From contig CAYLRU010000002.1 in the NCBI GenBank assembly GCA_964386565.1, positions 10,704 through 74,703 on the forward strand: a DNA stretch of 64,000 nucleotides, read 5' to 3'. The number at the start of each line of letters is the position of its first letter. Position 1 is the stretch's first letter. A model generated the notes under the pieces. That model had not been told where the DNA came from, made no database searches, and was given only the letters and a program-made list of their open reading frames with translations. The stretch is from an uncultured Desulfobacteraceae bacterium (GTDB lineage Bacteria; Desulfobacterota; Desulfobacteria; Desulfobacterales; UBA5616). Position numbers and translations under genes: made by a program. Positions 51,616 to 60,134 of the stretch are shown here, in pieces.

Positions 51616-52275
51616 ATGAAACAGTTCACCATCATTGGAATCGGAAATTTCGGCTATTTTTTAGCGACCCATTTATACAAGAAGGGACATGACGTATTGG
51701 TGATTGATAAAAATCCCAATCCTGTTCAGGACATCAAGGACGAAGTGAGCCAGGCCGTGGTTGCGGATGCCACCGATCGAAGGGCCCTGGAGTCGCTTGG
51801 GCTGAATAAAATGGACGCGGTTATTGTCTGCACGGGTACGGTCTTAAGCGACTCCATTCTCATCGCCCTTAATCTCAAGGATATGGGGGTCTCCAACATC
51901 CTTGCCAAGGCCATAAGCGATGCGCACTTACGCATTTTATTCAAAATAGGCGTTTCCGATGTGTTTTTCCCTGAAAGAGACCAGGCCATTTCCCTGTCCG
52001 AACGGCTGCACGATCCCAATATTCTTGATTATCTGCCTTTTATTGAAGGGTACAGCATCGTGGAATTAGCCCCGCCCAAGGGGTTTATCGGTAAATCCCT
52101 GGAGGAACTGAACCTGAGAAACCGGTACGGCGTTCAGGTTGTCGCGATCAGGGAATTGGTCCCGGATCGTCTGAATTTAGTTCCGAATGCCCATTCTGTT
52201 TTAAAAGATACCGATATTATGATTCTCATCGGTCCCAATGAAGCCCTTGACAAGTTGCGGGACAGAAAAAGTTGA
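51616..52275 (+). CDS. KtrA/TrkA family RCK regulatory subunit
   Basis: GIGNFG Rossmann motif, FPERD, C-terminal RCK_C (IGKSLEELNLRNRYGVQVVAI). Confidence 0.93.
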   Translation: MKQFTIIGIGNFGYFLATHLYKKGHDVLVIDKNPNPVQDIKDEVSQAVVADATDRRALESLGLNKMDAVIVCTGTVLSDSILIALNLKDMGVSNILAKAISDAHLRILFKIGVSDVFFPERDQAISLSERLHDPNILDYLPFIEGYSIVELAPPKGFIGKSLEELNLRNRYGVQVVAIRELVPDRLNLVPNAHSVLKDTDIMILIGPNEALDKLRDRKS

Positions 52276-53663
52276 ACACGATGCAAAAAGCCCCCGGCGA
52301 GCATTCTGAAACACGAAAAGGCCGCATCATGGTCGTTGACGATGATCCCCTGACGCTGAAAAATCTCCGGCGAATACTTGAAAAAGACGGTCATACGGTT
52401 TCGACCTTTTCAAGTCCCTTAAGAGCTCTTCAGCGTCTGGAAGGGACCTCGTATGATTTGATCATCAGCGATGTTCGAATGCCCGATTTGGACGGGCTCG
52501 GCTTTCTTAATGAAGCCAAGCGGATTGTTCCGGGCATGGAAGTGATCCTCATCACCGGTTTTGCCTCAATTGAAGATGCGGTTTCAGCTACCAAGAAAGG
52601 GGCTTATCATTATCTGGCCAAGCCTTTTGATCCCCGACAAATCAGAAACCTGGTCGGCAAGGTGCTGAAGGAAAAATACCTGATGCAACCCCATCAACTC
52701 GCGGAAAAACAGAAACCGTTGGTCGGTTATGAACCGGTCATGATCGGAAAAAGCGCCGGAATGGAACGGGTAAAAAATACAATCTCCCAAATCGCCCCGA
52801 CGGAATGCAATGTGCTGATATCGGGTGAATCCGGAACTGGAAAGGAGCTGGTCGCCCGATCCATCCATTTTCAAAGCAACCGGGCCGCCGGGCCTTTTGT
52901 CGCTTTTAACTGCGGTGCTTTCAGCGAGGAATTGATTACCAATGAACTTTTCGGCCACGAAAAAGAAGCTTTTACCGGCGCCTCCAGTCTTAAAAAAGGG
53001 CTTCTGGAAACAGCCCACGGTGGAACGATCTTTCTTGACGAAATCGGTGATATGTCTCTTCCCATGCAATCCAAGCTTCTCCGGGTCATCCAGGAGCGGG
53101 AGCTGATCAGGGTGGGGGGAACCCGACCGGTGCCGCTGGATGTCAGATTTATCGCCGCAACCGCCAAAGACCTCAAGCTTTCCGTAACAGAAGGGGCATT
53201 TCGTCAAGACCTTTATTTTCGCCTCAATGTCGTCAACATTGTCCTGCCGCCCCTGTCCGAGCGCCGGGAGGATATCCCGTTGCTGGTCTTTCATATTCTT
53301 GGAAAATGTTTGACAAAAACAGGCAAACGGGTAAGCTCGTTTTCGGAAGAGGCCTTAAGCCTGCTGGAGCATTACCCATTCCCCGGCAATATAAGAGAAC
53401 TTGAAAACATCCTGGAAAGAGCGGTGGCCATGTGCAAGGGGGACACCATCCAAGTGCACGATCTCCCCCCGGACCTGGTGGAACTCGACCTGTGTTCATA
53501 CAACAGGCCCGTCGACACACTTTTGAGCCTGGAAGAAGTGGAAAAGGATTACATCAGCCACGTCTTGAAAATCACCCGGGGATCCCGCGCCAGAACCGCT
53601 GAAATTCTGGGTATTGATCGGACCTCGCTCTGGCGGAAAATGAAAAAATACGACCTGCTGTAA
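52272..53663 (+). CDS. sigma54-dependent response regulator (REC-AAA-Fis HTH)
   Basis: VVDDD, SDVRMP, GESGTGKE, EAFTGA, FLDEIG, FRQDLYFRL, PGNIRELEN, LGIDRTSLWRK. Confidence 0.96.
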   Translation: MNTMQKAPGEHSETRKGRIMVVDDDPLTLKNLRRILEKDGHTVSTFSSPLRALQRLEGTSYDLIISDVRMPDLDGLGFLNEAKRIVPGMEVILITGFASIEDAVSATKKGAYHYLAKPFDPRQIRNLVGKVLKEKYLMQPHQLAEKQKPLVGYEPVMIGKSAGMERVKNTISQIAPTECNVLISGESGTGKELVARSIHFQSNRAAGPFVAFNCGAFSEELITNELFGHEKEAFTGASSLKKGLLETAHGGTIFLDEIGDMSLPMQSKLLRVIQERELIRVGGTRPVPLDVRFIAATAKDLKLSVTEGAFRQDLYFRLNVVNIVLPPLSERREDIPLLVFHILGKCLTKTGKRVSSFSEEALSLLEHYPFPGNIRELENILERAVAMCKGDTIQVHDLPPDLVELDLCSYNRPVDTLLSLEEVEKDYISHVLKITRGSRARTAEILGIDRTSLWRKMKKYDLL

Positions 53664-53668
53664 GTTTT

Positions 53669-53770
53669 GTTTCTGCAACATGCGTGTTCGTTTCTGCAAC
53701 ATTTGATATTTTTCCTTGTCCTGCCCTGTTTCTTGGCCCTTTGCCATTCTGTTGTTGCGATAATGCAACA
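53669..53770 (+). promoter_or_regulatory. Putative upstream activator sites for the sigma54 activator
   Basis: GTTTCTGCAACAT twice (53669, 53690) and palindrome TGTTGC-N6-GCAACA (53753-53770). Confidence 0.6.
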
Positions 53771-53844
53771 TCCAATCCCTGCCCGCATTCCCGGTGTACC
53801 TTCTTTTTCTATATTATTTTAAAGTGTTATATCCTTATTCGCCC

Positions 53845-53860
53845 TGGCATTCATCTTGCT
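53845..53860 (+). promoter_or_regulatory. sigma54 (-24/-12) promoter
   Basis: TGGCAT-TCATC-TTGCT matches TGGCAC-N5-TTGCW with correct spacing, about 30 nt before ATG 53892. Confidence 0.8.
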
Positions 53861-53891
53861 TCGGATATGGCGAGAAAGGAACCACCATCCC

Positions 53892-54341
53892 ATGTTTAAA
53901 AGAATCCTCGTGGTTTTTGAAAATGACAGGATTTGTGAACAAGCGTTGTCCTATTCCCGGGAACTGGCCTTGCGCATGGATTCCGAGGCAACCCTTCTTG
54001 TACTCGTGGAGATGGATTTCAAACGCCGTTCCATGATCGAGTCCAGAAGGAAAACGATCAACCAGATCAAGAGTCGCATGGGCAGTGTGCTCACCGGTAT
54101 ATCAGCCGAATTTGTTAAAAAAGGAATTGCCGTGAGCGTCGCCATCAGGGTGGGGGATCCGGCCCAGGAACTTCTGAAATTTTTGGCCGAAAGGCTGCCC
54201 TTTCAGACCATCATCTGGGGCAGCAGTGAAGAACCGCCGGATTCGGACGGGTTAAACCGCCGGCACTGGATTAAAAAAGTAATGGAAACGCTGGAGTGTC
54301 CGCTGTTTACGGTGAGCAGCCGGAAATCCGCTGAAATTTAG
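53892..54341 (+). CDS. Universal stress protein family
   Basis: MFKRILVVF, ALSYSRELA, RVGDPAQEL, IIWGS, LECPLFTV. Confidence 0.82.
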   Translation: MFKRILVVFENDRICEQALSYSRELALRMDSEATLLVLVEMDFKRRSMIESRRKTINQIKSRMGSVLTGISAEFVKKGIAVSVAIRVGDPAQELLKFLAERLPFQTIIWGSSEEPPDSDGLNRRHWIKKVMETLECPLFTVSSRKSAEI

Positions 54342-54482
54342 GGAAAAACCCGTCTGACGACCCTTGCCGGATCAAATGCAAACAGTTTTATGGGGACGAC
54401 TGGTCGGAAAACGAGATATAAGGGGCGGGACTGCAAATCTGCCCATGCTTTGTTTATATAAACAAGAAGGAGGAGAAATTTT

Positions 54483-56303
54483 GTGGAACCATTAACAACA
54501 GACATGATCCTGGTGATAATACTCATCGGTGTGGCGGTTTTTCTTTTTATTGTCGAGTGGCTGCGGGTTGATGTGGTTGCCATCCTCATCATGGTGGTCC
54601 TTCCCCTCCTTCATCTGGTGACGCCCAAGGAAGCCTTTATCGGGTTGAGCAGCAATGCCGTCGTGTCCATTATTGCCGTTATCATCATCGGCGCAGGTCT
54701 GGACAAGACAGGCCTGATAAATGGACTGGTATCACCCATCGTGAAAATCGCGGGAAAAAGTCCATCACGCATTATTATCGCCATTTCCCTTGCCATATCC
54801 ACCATCAGCAGCTTCATGCAGAATATCGGCGCAGCCGCTCTTTTTCTGCCGGCCATCCAGCGAATCAGCAAGTCCCTTGATATTTCATTGAGCAGGCTGT
54901 TAATGCCCATCGGATTCAGCGCCATACTGGGCGGCACCATGACGCTTGTGGGATCAAGCCCTCTGATCCTGTTAAATGACCTGATAGTGCCTTTCAACCT
55001 TAAACCTTTCGGTCTTTTCGACGTGACGCCCATCGGGTTGATGCTGGTTATTTCCGGCATCGGATGCTTTGTTCTGCTCGGACGATTTATCCTTCCCCAG
55101 GGCACGAAACAAGATGCTGCTGAAATGAATGGTACGGAACCGGAATATCGAAATGGTTTTGTCCAGGAGGAGATCGGCGAGGCATATGAACTGGCAACGC
55201 CTGAGGATTATACACATTATCGCGATCCCGTCACCGTCGATGATCTGCGGCGGCGATACCTGGCGAATGTCGTAGCCATTAAAAGCCCGCCGGATGCAAA
55301 GACGATTTCTCCTTCAGGCGAAACGGTCATTCGATCAGGTGTTCACCTGGCCGTATACGGCCGAAAAAAAGATGTCCTGAGAATGGCCAGGGAAGAAGGA
55401 ATGGATCTTAAGGACGGCCTGATCGTTTTTAAAAACGACCTGTCGGAATACACCTCAAATACGGTGGAGGCGGTGGTTGCACCCCGGTCTCAACTGGAAG
55501 GCAAGACATTAAACCAGATCAATCTGCCGGAACGTTTTAATGTAACACCGTTGGCCATATACAGACACGGAGAAATTTACAGGGCCGAAATCGGAGATAT
55601 GCTGCTCAGAGTCGGCGATGCCATACTCATGTATGGTACCTGGAAACGGCTGCAGCTTCTTCATAAGGAAGGGGAATTGTTATTTACAACACCGGTGGAC
55701 GTGGAAACCATGCGGCCGGATAAAGCAGCGGTTGCCGGTTTCTGGCTGGCATTGGCCCTCGTCATGGTTCTGGTGTTTAAAATCCAGCTTTCCGTATCCT
55801 TGATGAGCGGAGCACTGGGCATGATTATCACGCGGGTTCTCACCATTGATGAGGCCTATCGCTCCGTGGATTGGAGAACGATTTTCCTTTTGGCCGGTCT
55901 GATACCCCTGGGAATCGCCACCGAAAAAACCGGAACAGCCGCCTGGGTGGCCCAGAGCGTTCTGGGAATAATCGGGCCGGTCCAGCCCATTGTCCTGCTC
56001 GCCGTCATCGGAGTGCTCTCAACGTTATTTACCCTGGTCATCTCGAACGTGGGTGCTACAGTGCTGCTTGTCCCGCTTGTCGTCAACATGGCCCTTACCG
56101 CAAATGCCGATCCGAGAATGGCAGCCCTGGTGGTGGGCATTGCAACGAGCAACTCCTTTATTCTGCCGACCCACCAGGTTAATGCATTATACATGGGGCC
56201 GGGGCATTATCGAAGCATCGACTTCATGAAAGCAGGAGGCCTGATCAGCATCATTTTTCTTGTCGTACTGATCGGAACCATTTATCTTTTTTACGGGGTA
56301 TAA
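54483..56303 (+). CDS. SLC13/DASS family permease with central TrkA-C (RCK_C) domains
   Basis: RVDVVA, GLDKTG, SSFMQNIGA, GGTMTLVGSSP, central soluble region, ISNVGA, PTHQVN. Confidence 0.9.
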   Translation: MEPLTTDMILVIILIGVAVFLFIVEWLRVDVVAILIMVVLPLLHLVTPKEAFIGLSSNAVVSIIAVIIIGAGLDKTGLINGLVSPIVKIAGKSPSRIIIAISLAISTISSFMQNIGAAALFLPAIQRISKSLDISLSRLLMPIGFSAILGGTMTLVGSSPLILLNDLIVPFNLKPFGLFDVTPIGLMLVISGIGCFVLLGRFILPQGTKQDAAEMNGTEPEYRNGFVQEEIGEAYELATPEDYTHYRDPVTVDDLRRRYLANVVAIKSPPDAKTISPSGETVIRSGVHLAVYGRKKDVLRMAREEGMDLKDGLIVFKNDLSEYTSNTVEAVVAPRSQLEGKTLNQINLPERFNVTPLAIYRHGEIYRAEIGDMLLRVGDAILMYGTWKRLQLLHKEGELLFTTPVDVETMRPDKAAVAGFWLALALVMVLVFKIQLSVSLMSGALGMIITRVLTIDEAYRSVDWRTIFLLAGLIPLGIATEKTGTAAWVAQSVLGIIGPVQPIVLLAVIGVLSTLFTLVISNVGATVLLVPLVVNMALTANADPRMAALVVGIATSNSFILPTHQVNALYMGPGHYRSIDFMKAGGLISIIFLVVLIGTIYLFYGV

Positions 56304-56315
56304 AAGGGGGACGAT

Positions 56316-57128
56316 ATGGCCATTATCACAATTTCACGCGGTTCCTACAGTAAAGGAAAAGACATTGCGGAAGCAGTTGCCCAACAACTGGGGTATGACT
56401 GTGTCAGCCGCGAGGTCATTTTAGAAGCAAGCGACCGGTTCAACATCCCGGAGATAAAGATGACAAAGGCAATTCACGACGCACCGTCCATTCTGGATCG
56501 GTTCAGTCACGGTAAAACGGCTTTTATCACCTATTACCAGAGTGCGCTGACCCGTCACGTTCAAAAAGACAACGTCGTCTATCACGGACTTGCCGGTCAT
56601 CTACTGCTCAAGGGTGTACCCCATGTACTGAAAGTCCGGATTATTGCGAACCTGTCCGTGCGTATAAAAAATGAAATGGAGCGAAACACTCTCAGCGAGC
56701 AAGAGGCCCGCTCTTTGATTTTGAAAGATGACGAGGAACGCCGCAACTGGACCCGGACTCTGTATGGTGTGGATCCATGGGACAGTTCCCTGTACGACCT
56801 GGTCATTTGCATTGACAAGTTCACCGTGGAAAATGCGGTGGATTTTATTTGCCGGGCGGCCTCCCTTGAACAATTTAAGACCACCAAAGCTTCTGAACAG
56901 ATGATGAAGGACCTGGCACTTGCCTGTGAAGTAAAAGCCGCCCTCATCGACCAGCAGTTCGATGTTGCGGTTACCAGTGAGTATCAAAACGTCATTATTT
57001 ACACAAAAGCCTATGGTCGCAATTTACAGAAACTCGAGCAAAAAACCAGGGCACTTGCCCGTGAAATACCGTCGATTCACAATATAGAGGTTCATGCCGG
57101 AATCACTTACCCACAAAATGTTATTTAA
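56316..57128 (+). CDS. Cytidylate-kinase-like family protein with C-terminal BON-like extension
   Basis: IITISRGSYSKGKDIAEAVA, VYHGLAGH, VLKVRIIA, DEERRNW, YDLVI. Confidence 0.85.
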   Translation: MAIITISRGSYSKGKDIAEAVAQQLGYDCVSREVILEASDRFNIPEIKMTKAIHDAPSILDRFSHGKTAFITYYQSALTRHVQKDNVVYHGLAGHLLLKGVPHVLKVRIIANLSVRIKNEMERNTLSEQEARSLILKDDEERRNWTRTLYGVDPWDSSLYDLVICIDKFTVENAVDFICRAASLEQFKTTKASEQMMKDLALACEVKAALIDQQFDVAVTSEYQNVIIYTKAYGRNLQKLEQKTRALAREIPSIHNIEVHAGITYPQNVI

Positions 57129-57154
57129 CCTGTTATGAATGAAAGGTCGCCGAT

Positions 57155-57979
57155 ATGTCCATCATCATCATTTCATCGGATTCTTATCAGGAAGGCGGAA
57201 ATATCGCTGAAAAAATCGCCGACGCACTGGGACATACCCTTCTGGATCGGAAAATACTCAGCCGGGTGGCGGATAAGTATCATTTGCCCGAGAGCAAATT
57301 TACAGCAGCGCTGGACAAACCCGTCACCACATTCAGCATGCCCATGAAAGTCAGAAAGCGATATCTGGCCTATGTACGGGAAGCCGTTCTTGGGGAGTTA
57401 TTAAACGATAACGTGGTATGTCACGGACTTGGCGCCCATCTTTACGTTATCGGCGTTTCACACGTATTAAGAGCGCGGATACTATCGGATCAGGAAAAGT
57501 ATGCCGGACAGATAGCAGCAGCGGAATCGGTTTCCATCGAAAAAGCAAAAAAAATGCTCATTCGTCAAAAAAAACAACGCAAGCAATGGTCTACGGACAT
57601 TTTCAGAATTGACGAGACCGATCCGTCCCGCTATGACCTGATGATCAACCTCAGTCAGATAAATTCCGACGAGGCAGTGGATATCATCATCAAAACCGTT
57701 TCCTCAAGAAAATTTACGCCCATGACGTATTCCATTAAATGTCTGCGGGACCTGGAACTGGCCGGAAGGATCCGGGCGGTTCTTGCCGAACGATTCACCA
57801 ATATCAGGGTTCGTGCCGATGGTGGGACGGTCGTGGTTGAAACACTCGGGCTGAAGCGGGAAAAGCGCAAAAAAGAATCGATTATTAAAGAACGGGTGGC
57901 GAATATTCCCGGCGTCGACTATCTGGAGATCCATTTTATCAATGATTTTTTCCGCCAGGCAGCGGAAAGTTTCCGATAA
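57155..57979 (+). CDS. Cytidylate-kinase-like family protein, second paralog
   Basis: IIIISSDSYQEGGNIAEKIA, VCHGLGAH, VLRARIL, YDLMI. Confidence 0.83.
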   Translation: MSIIIISSDSYQEGGNIAEKIADALGHTLLDRKILSRVADKYHLPESKFTAALDKPVTTFSMPMKVRKRYLAYVREAVLGELLNDNVVCHGLGAHLYVIGVSHVLRARILSDQEKYAGQIAAAESVSIEKAKKMLIRQKKQRKQWSTDIFRIDETDPSRYDLMINLSQINSDEAVDIIIKTVSSRKFTPMTYSIKCLRDLELAGRIRAVLAERFTNIRVRADGGTVVVETLGLKREKRKKESIIKERVANIPGVDYLEIHFINDFFRQAAESFR

Positions 57980-58033
57980 TTATTGTCCGTATCGACAGGT
58001 TGTTCTTTATGTTTCAAAAAAAAGGGGGTATAA

Positions 58034-58447
58034 ATGGCTGATCAACTTGAAGTTCTGCTTCTGGATGATGAAACGATCGTCGGCAAGAGGTTAAAACCGG
58101 CCCTGGCAAAAATCGGCTGCAACGTGGAAGTCTTCGAAGATCCAAAGGCGGCCCTCGACCGCATCGACCAAAAAGAATTCGACATCGTGGTCACTGACAT
58201 CCGAATGGATGAAATAGACGGTCTCCAGGTGTTGGAACACGTGTTGAAAAAATCTCCGAGAACAAAGGTCATCATGATCACCGGCTATGCCATGATGTCC
58301 CTGGCCAGGGAAGCCATGGAAAAGGGAGCATTCGATTTCATTGCCAAGCCCTTTCAACCCAATGATTTAAGAAAAGTCATTGCAAGAGCGGCAAAAGTGC
58401 TGGGCTCATCCATCAACTTTGACGAGACACTGATCAGCCCGCCATAG
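58034..58447 (+). CDS. Single-domain response regulator
   Basis: LLDDE, TDIRM, ITGYA, FIAKPF. Confidence 0.93.
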   Translation: MADQLEVLLLDDETIVGKRLKPALAKIGCNVEVFEDPKAALDRIDQKEFDIVVTDIRMDEIDGLQVLEHVLKKSPRTKVIMITGYAMMSLAREAMEKGAFDFIAKPFQPNDLRKVIARAAKVLGSSINFDETLISPP

Positions 58448-58477
58448 TATCTGCTTTTTCCCGTACCCCGTTAAAAC

Positions 58478-60052
58478 ATGATGAAAAAAAACAGAAAAAT
58501 CACTCGGAAAGACGCGGAACAGGCAGCAGCTCTTTTCAATACCCCGTCGGCCTCCGACCGAAAAACGGAAACGGCGAGAACCGCCTTACTGGCAAGGCGC
58601 CGGATCAGCCTCAGGCTTCAAATCTATCTCGGCTTTTTCCTGGTTTTCCTGCTGGCGGTGGGAATTGCAAGCGTCATGCTGCATACCATGTACCAGGTGG
58701 AAAACAGACTGCGGCTGCTCCAGGTCGTGAATGATTATGTCATTGAAATCGACCAGGCAAGACGATTCGAAAAAAACTATTTTCTTTATGGAACCAATCT
58801 GGACAATGCTCTGGAAATCGTCTACAAGGCAAAACATATTTTCGAACGGCAGAATGAGGAATTCAGGAACATCCTGGGTAAAGACAACCACCGGATCGTT
58901 GTCCAGAACTTGGACAACTACCGGAATCTGCTGGAACGTTTATCCAAACTTGATCTCGACAAAAAAGAGACGGACGAATATCAAAAAAATAAGCACCTCA
59001 TCGAGCAGGAACTTCGCCAGAACGGCCACCAGATGGTCTCGTTTTCCCAGGACCTCATGAATAAATTACGGGTGTCCGTATCTGATGCGCTTCTGCGCTC
59101 CCGGATGATTCACATCTATTTTTTGATTTTTCTTCTTATTTTTGTCATCTTTAACGGGTACATACTGGGCAACCGGATTCTCGGCAGCATCAATCGTTTT
59201 ACCCGGTATGCCCAGCGCATCGCCTCCGGCGACTTCACACCGATTATGCCCAAACGCAGTTTCAGGGATGAATTCACCGACCTTGCCCTTGCCATAAACC
59301 ACATGATTGAAATGCTTGAAAGACGGGAGGATGAACTGATACAACTGCACAAGGTGAGGGCCGTTGGCACACTGACCGCGGGTATCGCCCATGAATTGAA
59401 CAATCCCTTAAACAACATCATGCTGTCTGCACACATGATGACGGAAGACTATGACAATTTATCCGACTCCGAAAAGAAGGAAATCATTGAAGATATTGTA
59501 AACGAAACCAATCGCTCCAGAAATATTATCAGCAACCTGCTTGATTTTGCCCGCGAGAGCAGTTCCCAGGTTGAACCGCTGGACCTGGTGAAACTGCTGA
59601 GGGACACCATCAAGCTGGCTTCCAACCAGATAAAACTTTCCGGCATTAAAATCGAATTCCATGCTACTGATAATCTTCCCCAGATACACGGCGATATTCA
59701 CCAGTTGAGACAGGTTTTTTTAAACCTGATTTTAAATGCCGTTGATGCATCATCAAAAGGAGACAAGATACAGATTTTTGTTCTCCCGGCGGATGAACCC
59801 AATTACGTGGCGGTGAAAGTCATGGATTTCGGAACCGGCATACCGGATCATATTCTCAGTTCCATCTTTGACCCGTTTTTTACCACAAAAGTCAAGGGGA
59901 AAGGCACCGGGCTGGGACTCAGCGTTTCCCAGGGCATCATCACCAAGCACGGCGGACGAATCCAGGTGCACAGCAGGGAAAAACAGGGGTCGACCTTTAC
60001 CGTTACACTGCCGGTTACAACTATCCCGGCTGAAATATCTCCCGGCAAATAA
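58478..60052 (+). CDS. Membrane sensor histidine kinase with HAMP domain
   Basis: Two TMs, HAMP (RDEFTDLA), AHELNNPL, NLILNA, DFGTG, FDPFFTTK, GTGLGL. Confidence 0.96.
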   Translation: MMKKNRKITRKDAEQAAALFNTPSASDRKTETARTALLARRRISLRLQIYLGFFLVFLLAVGIASVMLHTMYQVENRLRLLQVVNDYVIEIDQARRFEKNYFLYGTNLDNALEIVYKAKHIFERQNEEFRNILGKDNHRIVVQNLDNYRNLLERLSKLDLDKKETDEYQKNKHLIEQELRQNGHQMVSFSQDLMNKLRVSVSDALLRSRMIHIYFLIFLLIFVIFNGYILGNRILGSINRFTRYAQRIASGDFTPIMPKRSFRDEFTDLALAINHMIEMLERREDELIQLHKVRAVGTLTAGIAHELNNPLNNIMLSAHMMTEDYDNLSDSEKKEIIEDIVNETNRSRNIISNLLDFARESSSQVEPLDLVKLLRDTIKLASNQIKLSGIKIEFHATDNLPQIHGDIHQLRQVFLNLILNAVDASSKGDKIQIFVLPADEPNYVAVKVMDFGTGIPDHILSSIFDPFFTTKVKGKGTGLGLSVSQGIITKHGGRIQVHSREKQGSTFTVTLPVTTIPAEISPGK

Positions 60053-60134
60053 CGACCTGCCTGATGCAGCCGGTACGAAATTCACTATCCGGCGAGTATC
60101 CCCGTACCACCGACCGGGCCGTTTACATTTCCTG

